NCBI GenBank assembly: GCA_947589505.1
Contig: CANQCF010000002.1
Coordinates: 3,045-67,044 of the forward strand
Source: an uncultured Acetatifactor sp.
GTDB taxonomy: Bacteria; Bacillota; Clostridia; Lachnospirales; Lachnospiraceae
Direction: 5' to 3'
DNA: 64,000 nt
Below are positions 38,345 through 48,200 of the stretch, in pieces (position 1 is the first letter of the stretch; every line of letters begins with the position of its first letter). The notes below the pieces were generated by a model. It did no database searches. It was given only the letters and a program-made list of their open reading frames with translations, and was not told where the DNA came from. A program made the position numbers and the translations under genes.

Positions 38345-38650
38345 ATGGCGGTCAATCCAATTGATATTGCCGCGGTTACCAGATCCCAGGATTATTCCAT
38401 CATCAAGCACAATGAGGATCAAAAGACCGTGAACCAGCAGAGTACCCTGGTCCAGCAGACCCAGAAGGACGATCGGCAGAGGGCCACGGAGGTGGTGCGC
38501 CAGGATCAGGCCCAGTGGCACGAAAAGGGATTTGACGCGCGGGAAAAGGGCAGCAATGAATACAGCGGGGACGGCGGAAAAAAACGCCGGAAGGAGAAAC
38601 AGGAGCAGGTGATCGTAAACGGTCACAAGGGCTTTGACATCAAGATTTAG
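38345..38650 (+). CDS. hypothetical flagellar-operon protein
   Basis: GAGGTG RBS; Gln-rich, ends GFDIKI; co-oriented in the operon. Confidence 0.7.
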   Translation: MAVNPIDIAAVTRSQDYSIIKHNEDQKTVNQQSTLVQQTQKDDRQRATEVVRQDQAQWHEKGFDAREKGSNEYSGDGGKKRRKEKQEQVIVNGHKGFDIKI

Positions 38651-38665
38651 GAGCGTATTGAGGAG

Positions 38666-39541
38666 ATGAGTGTCACGGTTGCGGAAATTGTGCTGCTGAT
38701 CATAAGCGCCATTGTGTTTGTATCCACCTTTCTGATCCCGGACAGCGGGGAAAAGGGGAGCGGCGTGGATGAAGAGGCGGCACGAAAAGAGATTCAGGAT
38801 CTGGTCAGGCAGGAGATGGACGCGATCCGGGGGCATGTGGAAGAAGTCGTTGAAGAATCCATGTCTTACGCCATGGAGAAGACGGAGCGGGCCCTGGAGA
38901 GACTTTCCAATGAAAAAATCATGGCGGTAAACGAATACTCCGACACGGTGATGCAGGAGATCCACAAGAGCCATGAGGAAGTCATGTTCCTGTATGACAT
39001 GCTGAACAGCAAGCACGAAAATCTGAAAAAAGCGGCCGCGGATGCCGGAAGGGCGGCGAAGGAAGTGCAGGATGCCGTGGAGAAGTATCAGATGATGCAG
39101 ATTCCTGTGACAAAGGCCGTCGGAAATGTGCCTCCTGTACCCGGAGACTCCGGAAACCTTCCGGGTGCGGGGGCAGGTTCCGGCCTGCCTTCCGGGGAGG
39201 ATGGAAAACAGGAGACAGCCTCCCAGCGGAAACAGAAAAAGGAGATGCGTGAGAAAGAGCCGGTGGGCGGCGGGCCGCTGCTGAAGGGTATGCTTTCCAA
39301 GAGGGAGGAGGACCTCCGGAGGGACCGTGACTTAGGAGAGACCGCTGTCCTGGAACAGGAGCTCCCCCCGCTGGCGGACGAGATCACGGAGGTTCAGCCG
39401 AACGCAGACCCGTCGAGAAACAGTAACGAACAGATCCTAAAGCTGCACAAAATGGGAAAATCCAACGTAGCCATCGCCAGGGAACTTGGCCTGGGGGTAG
39501 GAGAAGTAAAGCTGGTAATCGATCTATATAAAAATTTGTAG
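38666..39541 (+). CDS. SwrB/YlxL-like membrane protein (DUF6115-like)
   Basis: N-terminal TM, coiled coil, C-terminal IARELGLGVGEVKLVIDL HTH-like motif; near the operon end after fliA. Confidence 0.7.
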   Translation: MSVTVAEIVLLIISAIVFVSTFLIPDSGEKGSGVDEEAARKEIQDLVRQEMDAIRGHVEEVVEESMSYAMEKTERALERLSNEKIMAVNEYSDTVMQEIHKSHEEVMFLYDMLNSKHENLKKAAADAGRAAKEVQDAVEKYQMMQIPVTKAVGNVPPVPGDSGNLPGAGAGSGLPSGEDGKQETASQRKQKKEMREKEPVGGGPLLKGMLSKREEDLRRDRDLGETAVLEQELPPLADEITEVQPNADPSRNSNEQILKLHKMGKSNVAIARELGLGVGEVKLVIDLYKNL

Positions 39542-39551
39542 GAAAACCGAT

Positions 39552-40409
39552 ATGAAGATGAAACAATATTTGCGCGGCCTTGCCACCGGAATCGTGATTG
39601 CCGTCGCGGTGATGTCCTTTTTCCGGGGAGATCAGAACGGGCTCAGCGATGAAGAGATCCGGGAGAGGGCAGCAGGACTGGGTATGGTAATGGCGGATAG
39701 CGGCACGCTTTCCGGCGGTCAGCGGGTGCCCTCCGTGGGAGAGTCCCAGGAGTCTTATCAGGAGCCGCTCCCAGGCGAAGACGAAGAGCCGGATACAGGT
39801 GCAGCCGTGGGAGAGTCCCGGGAGTCTTATCAGGAGTCGCTCCCAAGCGAAGATGAAGAACCGGATACAAGTGCAGCCGTGGGAGAGTCCCAGGAGTCTT
39901 ATCAGGAGCCGCTCCCAGGCGAAGACGAAGAGCCGGATACAGGTGCAGCCGTGGGAGAGTCCCGGGAGTCTTATCAGGAGTCGCTCCCAAGCGAAGATGA
40001 AGAACCGGATACAAGTGCAGCCGGCGGAGAGAGTACGGATGCATCGGATGATGGGAATGGCGGATCCGTGGAGACGGAGGAAGGTTCCGGCGGGACAAGT
40101 GCCCCGGAGGAACCCTCGGAAACCCAGGAGAGCGCTTCCGGGACGACAGAGCCCGCCGAATCTGAGCAGCCAGGTACCGGGGAAAGCGCAGACCCGGCAG
40201 AAACGGTTGTCATTACGATCTATCCCGGGGACGGTTCCTACGCCGTGGCCCGGTACCTGCAGCAGGCCGGTCTGGTGGATGATGCGGGGGCGTATGACAA
40301 ATATCTCTGCGACAACGGTTACGACAGCGCCATACGCGTGGGACAGGTCCAGATCCCCGCGGGCAGCAGTTATGAGGAGATTGCAAAGCTTCTTACGTCG
40401 AGGCACTGA
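39552..40409 (+). CDS. membrane-anchored protein with acidic repeats and a C-terminal domain resembling the MltG/YceG N-terminal region
   Basis: YLRGLATGI TM start; C-terminal VARYLQQAGLV...IPAGSSYEEIAKLL. Confidence 0.7.
   Translation: MKMKQYLRGLATGIVIAVAVMSFFRGDQNGLSDEEIRERAAGLGMVMADSGTLSGGQRVPSVGESQESYQEPLPGEDEEPDTGAAVGESRESYQESLPSEDEEPDTSAAVGESQESYQEPLPGEDEEPDTGAAVGESRESYQESLPSEDEEPDTSAAGGESTDASDDGNGGSVETEEGSGGTSAPEEPSETQESASGTTEPAESEQPGTGESADPAETVVITIYPGDGSYAVARYLQQAGLVDDAGAYDKYLCDNGYDSAIRVGQVQIPAGSSYEEIAKLLTSRH
39733..40020 (+). repeat. 72-bp coding repeat x4 in ABAB order
   Basis: Units at 39733, 39805, 39877, 39949 alternate VGESQESYQEPLPGEDEEPDTGAA and VGESRESYQESLPSEDEEPDTSAA. Confidence 0.95.
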
Positions 40410-40454
40410 CAGCTGAATCCGGCGGATAATTTCAGGGAAAGAAAGGTTTGAGAT

Positions 40455-40535
40455 ATGTTGTGTTATAGGGTGATCCTGTTAGATGCATACCTCTGTACAA
40501 GGTCCGGTGTGAGGACGAAGCCTGTACAGAGATAA
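40455..40535 (+). CDS. putative leader peptide MLCYRVILLDAYLCTRSGVRTKPVQR
   Basis: GAAAGG RBS, ATG 40455, TAA 40533-35; overlaps mutually exclusive hairpins upstream of the MFS gene. Confidence 0.55.
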   Translation: MLCYRVILLDAYLCTRSGVRTKPVQR

Positions 40536-40601
40536 AAATTTTTTCGTCCGCATTGGATCTTGTGCTTATTGGGCAAAAATAGACAATAAGGAGAGGATTC
40601 A

Positions 40602-41924
40602 ATGAATAAAGATTTTAGAAAATATGTGGTTTTTTGGCTGACACAGTCTTTTTCCCAGCTGGGGAGCGCGATGACGAGTTTCGCGCTGATCCTGTGGGTG
40701 TATTCCGTAAAGCATTCCGCGATGACGGTGTCGCTGATGTCTTTCTTTAACTATGTTCCCTATGTCGTTGTCAGTCTGTTTGCGGGGGCGTTTGTGGACG
40801 CCCACAGCAAAAAGAAGATCATGCTGGCGGCCGACAGCGCGGCGGCGTGCTGCACGGTCTTTGTGCTGGCGATGTCTCTCTCGGGAGGGCTGAGGATCTG
40901 GCACATCTATCTCATAAACGGTGTGATCGGGTTTGCCAATGCGTTTCAGTCCCCGGCCTCCGGCGTAGCCATGGGGATCCTGGTGCCGAAGGAAAAGATC
41001 GCAAACGCCAGCGGCATGCTCTCGTTTTCCGGCAATCTGATCTCGGTTCTTGCGCCGGTGCTGGCGGCGTCGGTGTACGCGTTCGGTGGATTGAAGTATA
41101 TTCTGATCTTTGACTTTGGCAGTTTTGCCGTGGCCTTTCTGGTTCTCCTGTGCTTCATCAGAATCCCGGAAAAACGCAGTGCAGAGAAGCGGGAAGGTTC
41201 TTTGCTTTCGGACTGCCGGGAGGGGTACGCATTCCTGCAGCAAAACAGGGGGATCCTGATCATCGTCCTGACGATGGCGATGCTGAACTTCTTTTCCAGG
41301 CTGACCTATGAGAATATCCTGTCCCCCATGATCCTGGCGCGGAGCGGCGGAAACGAGGTGGCGCTGGGGATTGTGAACGCGGCCATGGGGATCGGCGGCG
41401 TGCTGGGAGGAATCCTGGTATCCGCCGGAAAGATGCCGAAGGATTCCCTGAAGGCGATCTATGTCTCCGCGGGGCTCTCGTTCCTTCTGGGCGATCTGAT
41501 GATGGGCGCGGGACGGGGAGTGTTCCTGTGGTCCGCGGCGGGCTTTATGGCGAGTCTGCCGATCCCGTTCATCAGCGCCGGGCAGAATGTGATCTTATAC
41601 CGGCTTGTCCCGGAGGAGATGCAGGGCAGGATCTTTTCCGTGCGGAACGCGGTTCAGTTCAGCTCCATTCCCGTGGGGATCCTTCTGGGAGGGTTCCTGG
41701 CGGATTATGTGTTTGAACCCTATATGAGCGGAGGGTATGCCGGCTCCGGCATTCTCTATCACATTGTAGGGAGCGGCTCCGGCAGCGGCATGGCGGTGAT
41801 GTTCCTCTGTACGGGGATCCTGGGCAGCCTGTTCAGCTTTGGGTTTTACCGGTATCTCCGGTCCCATGGCAGTCTTTGCGGTCCCGGGGAGAAGGATTCC
41901 GGCAAAGATTCCGGCAAAATCTGA
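40602..41924 (+). CDS. MFS efflux transporter (Mef(A)/DHA3-like)
   Basis: Q.FSQLGS.MT.FAL, GAFVD..SKKKIM, VPEEMQGRIFS motifs; about 12 TM segments. Confidence 0.85.
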   Translation: MNKDFRKYVVFWLTQSFSQLGSAMTSFALILWVYSVKHSAMTVSLMSFFNYVPYVVVSLFAGAFVDAHSKKKIMLAADSAAACCTVFVLAMSLSGGLRIWHIYLINGVIGFANAFQSPASGVAMGILVPKEKIANASGMLSFSGNLISVLAPVLAASVYAFGGLKYILIFDFGSFAVAFLVLLCFIRIPEKRSAEKREGSLLSDCREGYAFLQQNRGILIIVLTMAMLNFFSRLTYENILSPMILARSGGNEVALGIVNAAMGIGGVLGGILVSAGKMPKDSLKAIYVSAGLSFLLGDLMMGAGRGVFLWSAAGFMASLPIPFISAGQNVILYRLVPEEMQGRIFSVRNAVQFSSIPVGILLGGFLADYVFEPYMSGGYAGSGILYHIVGSGSGSGMAVMFLCTGILGSLFSFGFYRYLRSHGSLCGPGEKDSGKDSGKI

Positions 41925-42000
41925 AAGAAGGGTTCCGGCAAGGATTCCGGCGAAATCTGAAAAGAAGGATTCGGCAAGGATTCCGGCAAAATCTGAAAAA
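41891..42000. repeat. 36-37 bp repeat x3 spanning the MFS stop codon
   Basis: GAAGGATTCCGGCAAAGATTCCGGCAAAATCTGAAA-like units at 41891, 41927 and 41964. Confidence 0.9.
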
Positions 42001-42004
42001 AAAC

Positions 42005-42033
42005 TTGCCACAGGGGTTTTCCTGTGTTATACT
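42005..42033 (+). promoter_or_regulatory. sigma-A promoter of rpsB-tsf
   Basis: TTGCCA, 17-bp spacer ending TGt, TATACT. Confidence 0.75.
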
Positions 42034-42039
42034 CATAGA

Positions 42040-42186
42040 GTTGCAAAAAAAACACGCGGCTTTATTTGCAGGTGGTGCGGGAAGACGCCGAGCGGATCCC
42101 CGAAGGCTGCAGAGTTGTGAGCGCTTAGTAACGCGGGCGTTTCACGCAAAAGCATGCGGAAGAAAAAACCAGACGGAGGTAAGAAA
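42040..42186 (+). promoter_or_regulatory. probable S2 autoregulatory leader
   Basis: About 145-nt 5' UTR with ACACGC...GGTGGTGC...GCATGCGG elements, resembling rpsB leaders from recall. Confidence 0.5.
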
Positions 42187-42945
42187 ATGAGCGTTATTTC
42201 CATGAAACAGTTACTTGAAGCAGGTGTTCACTTCGGACATCAGACCAGAAGATGGAACCCTAAGATGGCTCCCTATATCTTTACTGAGAGAAATGGGATC
42301 CACATCATCGATCTTCAGAAATCCGTGGGCAAGGTTGACGAGGCCTACAAGGCGATTTCCGAGATCGCGGCACAGGGCGGCACCATTCTTTTCGTGGGCA
42401 CCAAGAAGCAGGCCCAGGACGCTGTGAAGACCGAGGCTGAGCGCTGCGGCATGTACTATGTGAACGAGAGATGGCTGGGCGGTATGCTCACCAACTTTAA
42501 GACCATTCAGTCCCGCATCGAGAGACTGCATAAGATCGAGACCATGTCCCAGGATGGCACCTTTGACGTGCTGCCCAAGAAGGAAGTGATCCAGCTGAAG
42601 AAGGAATGGGAGAAGCTGGAGAAGAACCTTGGCGGTATCAAGAATATGACCAGGATCCCTGACGCGATCTTTGTGGTGGATCCCAAGAAGGAGCGTATCT
42701 GCGTACAGGAGGCTCATGCCCTCGGCATCACCCTGATCGGCATCGGCGATACCAACTGCGACCCCGAGGAACTGGATTACATCATCCCCGGAAATGACGA
42801 CGCCATCAGAGCCGTAAAGCTGATCGTCTCCAAGATGGCGGACGCTGTGATCGAGGCAAACCAGGGCGAGGCTGTTTACGGCCAGGAGGAGACCGCTGAA
42901 AACGCTGAGGCGGCTGATATTGAGGAGATCGCTCAGGAGCAGTAA
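42187..42945 (+). CDS. rpsB: 30S ribosomal protein S2
   Basis: [38 protein letters not shown]. Confidence 0.98.
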   Translation: MSVISMKQLLEAGVHFGHQTRRWNPKMAPYIFTERNGIHIIDLQKSVGKVDEAYKAISEIAAQGGTILFVGTKKQAQDAVKTEAERCGMYYVNERWLGGMLTNFKTIQSRIERLHKIETMSQDGTFDVLPKKEVIQLKKEWEKLEKNLGGIKNMTRIPDAIFVVDPKKERICVQEAHALGITLIGIGDTNCDPEELDYIIPGNDDAIRAVKLIVSKMADAVIEANQGEAVYGQEETAENAEAADIEEIAQEQ

Positions 42946-43174
42946 GCTGACACAGGATTTTTCGGCGCGGTGAAGTTCCCTGCCGCAGGGGACGATGATT
43001 TTGGCAGAGGTAGTCTGCAGGCGGGAAGCGCCGGAAAGCCGGAAGAGACCATGGAAGTTCTGAAAAAGAGCTGTCAGGCGAAGCGTGGAACGAACAGGCT
43101 GCACAGTCCGGTTCTTTGGACGCGGGGTGCCCGATGCAGCGTATGGAATGATTGTTAGAAAGGTGGATAAGAAT

Positions 43175-44110
43175 ATGGCAGAGATTACCGCATCGATGGT
43201 AAAAGAGCTGCGCGAGATGACCGGCGCGGGCATGATGGATTGCAAAAAGGCTCTGAACGAGACTAACGGAAATATGGAAGAGGCCGTGGAGGTTCTGAGA
43301 AAGAACGGACAGGCCAAGGCAGTAAAGAAAGAGGGCAGGATCGCGGCGGAAGGCATCTGCCGCATCGCTTCGGAGGGCGATCAGAAGGCAGTTGTGGTTG
43401 AGGTGAATTCCGAGACCGATTTCGTGGCGAAGAACGAAGTGTTCCAGGAGTTTGTTGAGGCCGTGGCACAGCAGGCTTTGAACTCCAATGCGGCTGACAT
43501 GGAGTCCTTCCTGGCTGAGAAGTGGAATGCAGATCCGGGCATGACGGTCAACGACGCTCTGGTGGAAAAGATCGCGAAGATCGGCGAGAAGCTGAGCATC
43601 AGAAGATTTGAGAAGGTGGAGGCTGAAAACGGCTGCGTTGTCACCTATGTGCACGGCGGCGGACGGATCGGCGTGATCGTGGAGGCTGAGACCGACGTTG
43701 TAAATGCATCCGTGAAGGAGGCCCTGACCAACCTGGCAATGCAGGTTGCGGCGCTGAATCCCAAGTATGTGGCTACCAGCGACGTCTCCGAGGAGTTCAA
43801 GGCCCATGAGAAGGAGATCCTTGCGGCCCAGATCGCTCAGGATCCCAAGATGGCTGGAAAGCCGGAGAAGGTGATCGAGGGCGCCGTGATCGGACGTCTG
43901 AACAAGGAGCTGAAGGAGGTCTGCCTGCTGGAGCAGGTATATGTAAAGGCAGAGGACGGAAAGCAGACCGTTGCCCAGTATCTCGCCCAGGTTGCAAAAG
44001 AGAACGGGGCGAAGCTCGCTGTCAAGAGATTTGTGCGTTTTGAGACCGGCGAGGGCCTTGAGAAGAAGAACGAGGATTTCGCAGCGGAGGTTGCGGCTCA
44101 GCTGAAGTAA
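43175..44110 (+). CDS. tsf: translation elongation factor Ts
   Basis: VKELREMTGAGMMDCKKAL and EVNSETDFVAKN. Confidence 0.98.
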   Translation: MAEITASMVKELREMTGAGMMDCKKALNETNGNMEEAVEVLRKNGQAKAVKKEGRIAAEGICRIASEGDQKAVVVEVNSETDFVAKNEVFQEFVEAVAQQALNSNAADMESFLAEKWNADPGMTVNDALVEKIAKIGEKLSIRRFEKVEAENGCVVTYVHGGGRIGVIVEAETDVVNASVKEALTNLAMQVAALNPKYVATSDVSEEFKAHEKEILAAQIAQDPKMAGKPEKVIEGAVIGRLNKELKEVCLLEQVYVKAEDGKQTVAQYLAQVAKENGAKLAVKRFVRFETGEGLEKKNEDFAAEVAAQLK

Positions 44111-44138
44111 GGTATTGAATCAGAAAGACTAAAAAGAC

Positions 44139-44182
44139 AGGCATCATTGCTTATAGAGATATGGGCGATGGTGCCTTATTTT
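44139..44182 (+). terminator. hairpin, probable terminator after tsf
   Basis: AGGCATCATTGCTTATA-GAGA-TATGGGCGATGGTGCCT with G-U pairs, followed by TATTTT. Confidence 0.55.
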
Positions 44183-44233
44183 CACAGATTTTACTGATCC
44201 CGTGTCGGTGGCGGAAAGGAGTAAAGAGACGAA

Positions 44234-45229
44234 ATGTCCACGAAGAGAAACGAAAGTCTGAATGTATTGAAACTGATCTCCTGTGTCGTCGTTATCTTTC
44301 TCCATTGTCCTTTTCCGGGAACGTTTGGAGAGATGATCATCTATGCCTTTCGATTTTCCGTTCCGGTTTTCTTTCTGATTTCGGGGTATTTTTCCTTTGG
44401 AAAGCCCGAGGAATGGTATCGAAAAAAGATTCTCACCACATTAAAGACGACGGCGGTCCTGGAGCTGCTTTACGGAATCTTTCATTTTCTGTTGGACTGC
44501 GCGGCGGGACAGGTTCCGGCTGCAGAATTTTTCAGCGATTTTCCAAGAGGCTGGGAATTTATCAAAACGCTGTTTTTCGGCTCCTTTTTTAATGGGACGC
44601 TGTGGTACCTCTACGCCGCTTTCTGGACCTGGTGCATCCTGTACCTCCTGCATCGCAGGGGCCTCATGGAGAAGGCGGTCTGGGCTGTACCGCCGCTTCT
44701 GTTCCTCCATATTTTCGGGCGCTGGTACTGCCAGAATCACTTTAACATAGATCGGCTGGTGTTCCTGTTTCGGAGCGCGGTTCTGTTCGGGGTTCCCTTT
44801 GCCCTGATGGGGCGGTTTTTCGCACAGCACGGGGAAAAGATTGCGGAAAAATTGACGGTGTTCCGCTGCCTTGGCATTGTGTTTGTGGGTCACGTCCTGA
44901 TTGTCGCGGAGTTCCTTCTGACAGGGCAGTACATGGATCTGCACCTGAGCACGGTGGTGATCGCGGCAGGGCTCTTTCTTCTGGCTTTGGTGAAACCGGA
45001 GTGTCCCCGTCTGCGCCTGCTGCAGTTTATGGGGGACCGGCTTTCCATGTGGATCTATTACGATCACCTGCTGGTCATTTCGCTTCTGGGCCTGGCGGGA
45101 GAAAAACTGCACCTGGAAGAAAACGGCCTGTTTTTATGGGCGAAGCCGGTTCTCGTCTTTGCAGGAGCCGCCCTTCTCGCCCTTGTGATCTATGCCGTAA
45201 AGGGAAAACGGCGGATCGGGAGGAATTAG
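44234..45229 (+). CDS. acyltransferase family 3 (OafA-like) membrane protein
   Basis: RNESLNVLK..VIFLH, VPVFFLISGYF, LWYL motifs; about 10 TM segments. Confidence 0.88.
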   Translation: MSTKRNESLNVLKLISCVVVIFLHCPFPGTFGEMIIYAFRFSVPVFFLISGYFSFGKPEEWYRKKILTTLKTTAVLELLYGIFHFLLDCAAGQVPAAEFFSDFPRGWEFIKTLFFGSFFNGTLWYLYAAFWTWCILYLLHRRGLMEKAVWAVPPLLFLHIFGRWYCQNHFNIDRLVFLFRSAVLFGVPFALMGRFFAQHGEKIAEKLTVFRCLGIVFVGHVLIVAEFLLTGQYMDLHLSTVVIAAGLFLLALVKPECPRLRLLQFMGDRLSMWIYYDHLLVISLLGLAGEKLHLEENGLFLWAKPVLVFAGAALLALVIYAVKGKRRIGRN

Positions 45230-48200
45230 CCAGCTACCAGGATCCAGGTCTTGAACCATTTCAGGTATTTTTCGGCAAAGGCCAGTTCCACGGGCTGGCC
45301 GGAGAGAACCGGGTAAAACAGTAAAAAGAGTCCGAATACCGCGGCGCCGTAGAGGAGCAGGACTGCCAGGGCTTTTCGGCGGGACGTATTCCGGAGAAGG
45401 CACCGGGCGCTGTAGCCGATCATCAGCGCCACGAACACTGTGCTGGGGAAATAGTGATAGATGAAAGTGATCCGGGTGACGAAGAACCAGGGGATGTACT
45501 GCGCCAGATATCCGACCAGCAGGAAAAAGGCGTTTTTATCCCGCTTCATCAGGTAGAGATACAGCATGTACACGAAGGCAGGAATCCCCATCCACCAGAC
45601 AAAGGGATTGCCGAAAGAGCTGATTCCCTCCCTGAGAGTGTCCGAAAGGATCCCGGAGTAATACCAGATGGGGCGCACGATCAGGGGCCACTCATAATAG
45701 GGGGAAGCAAAATAGTGTGTGGCGTTTAAGCTGCTGTGGTAGTCGAACATGGTCTTCTGGTTCCGCAGCATTCTCTCAAAGAGGCCGGCGGTGTTTCCGT
45801 CCCGGAAGGGAAGATAGCTGAGAAGGTAGATCAGCCCGGGGACCAGCACAAAGAAAATCAGGCAGAAGCCCAGGATTTTTAAGGTTCTGCCCGGAAAAAT
45901 GGAAAGAATATCCCGATTGGCGTAGGTTCCGGTCCTGCCATCGGGATTTTTCTTTGCCAGGAAATAAGATTCCGAGAGGAGGGCCAGATGGGCGAAGAAA
46001 AGGATGCCCATGCCGATCCCCGCGTAAACGCCGGTCCATTTGCAGGCGACTCCCAGGCCCATGGAAATTCCGCAGAGGGCCAGGGGCAAAAGCAGTTTCT
46101 TAAGGGAGGCCCAGTAGTCGGCGGTGAGAAAACGGTATAGGAAGTAATACATGCAGATGATGAAAAATACAATGTATACGTCGATGGTGGCGATCCTGGT
46201 CTGGGAAAAGTGCATGAAGTCAAAGGCGAAGATCCAGCAGGTGAGGGCCGCCGCCGGCGTGTATCCGGTGAGGCTTTTTGCAAAGAGATAGAGGATGGGG
46301 AGCATGGCGATGCCGAAGAGGACGCCGATGATGCGCCAGCCGAAGGGATTCATCCCAAACAGGAAAATGCCCAGCGAGATCAGGCTCTTTCCCAGGGGCG
46401 GATGGGTATTCTCATAGCTTCTCATGCCGTGAAGAAATTCATAGGCGGTCCTGGCGTGGTAGATCTCGTCGAAGTACATGCTGTTCCGGAAGCTGAACCG
46501 CAGGGGGTAGAGATCCGTCTCGTCAAAGAGTTCCGGATAATCGGCGGCGTTTAAGGGCCTCACAGGGTTCCCTTTGGCGTCCAGGAAGACAAATTCCACG
46601 ATGCGGGTGTTTCCCTGCAGCGGCGTCATGGAGAGCTCTGCGCACTCTGCGGGGAGAGGCAGGGTTGTCCAGGTAAAGACATCCTCCAGGGATACTTCCT
46701 CCGCAAAAAGCGGGTCTGTCCCGGAGAGGGTATCGGTATCGGCGCCTTCCATCTGAAAGCTCCTATCGTGCTCCGGGGCGATATAGTAGGAGAGCGAGGC
46801 CGCTTTTTCCGTCGGAGCGAATGTAAAATGCAGCGTCCGGTCCTGCGCCGCCTCATAGACGGTCTCGGGAGCGGAGGTATCGCCCAGATCCCTGAGGGCG
46901 AAGACGCTGTATAAGAGGGTGGTCAGAGCCAGGAGCAGCAGATCCGTTTTGGTGAGCTTTCTCTGCCAGGAGGAAACGGGGATGTCGTCCTCCATGCCAG
47001 CCGCGCGGAGTTCCCGGGGAGAGGCGGCCGCGGCGCGTTCTCCCTGGCGGCGGAGGGTGAACAAAAGAACGTAAAAGAGCAGGGCGCAGAGGGTGATCCC
47101 CAGTCCCGTGTTCCGCAGAATAGGCGCGTCCGCGGAATAGTCCGCGGGATTATAATAGTACAGGACGTGAGCCGTGTTGTATAGGTGCAGGCAGGCCAGG
47201 GCAGTGAACAGGCCGGTAAATCCAAAGCGCAGGGCGCGGGTGAGCGCCGGACCGGAGCGGCGGCTGTCTTGGGAGAGATTGCCGCAGAGCTGGCCTGCCG
47301 CAAGGCCGGGAAAGGCGGCGGGAAGAAGCGCCATCACCGGGTAGAGATAGCGCTCGTGCATCCTCACGGAAAAGGTGAATACCGTCAGGATCAGGAAGGC
47401 GCCCATGAGCGGGTATCTCCCGGAGACCCGGCGGAAACGGTACCCGATCAGCAGGCAGAACAAAACCGCGAGCACGATGGCCAGGAATCCCCAGGAGGTA
47501 CAGGGCATTCCCAGGAAGACTGTGTCCTGGGGATACCAGTTCAACCCTATGCCGCACCAGAAATTATAAGCGTTTACGGAGGCGTAGGGGTAGGAGCTTA
47601 AGGTGTCAAGGTATTGTCCCAGCACATTGTCCAGGCCAAAGGGCGCTGCCGCAAGAATGGCAAGGATCAGGGCGAGAAGACCGTACCCTGCGGTCTGCAG
47701 GAGACGCTTGAGGGAAAAACGCCCGCCGTGGAAGGCATAACCCAGAACATCCGCCAGAATCAGAGGAGCGAAAATCAGCATCTGAGGTTTTAACAGGATC
47801 CCCAGGCCATAGACCAGAAAGGCGGGAAAGTGTTTCTCCCGTTCCAGAAGTATGCAGACGAGAAGCAGCAGGAAGGTAAACAGGGAGTCGATCTGTCCCC
47901 ACAGGCAGCTGTTTAGGAGGACGACAGGCTGAAAGAGATAGATGGAAGCCAGGGCCGTTCCGGAAAGCATACCCAGGTGTTTTCTGCCGATCCGGTAAAT
48001 CAGGTATCCGATCCCCAGATCGGCCAGGATGGAGGGCAGTTTTAAGAGAGCCAGGTACGCCGGGGAAAGGATCTTCAGGGACAAAAGGGAACGGATCCAC
48101 CCGATCAGCCAGAGGATATAGAGGTAGAGGGGTGGGTAATCCGAAAAATAGCCCTCCTCGTAAAATTGTCCGGGACCTGTCTGAACCATTCTCTCCGACC

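Noticed and set aside
40491-40522. Hammerhead ribozyme (GTCC-loop-GGAC-GAAGC resembles stem II)
   Set aside because: The CUGANGA core is absent (CTGTACAAG) and GAAA is GAAG; the leader-peptide model fits better
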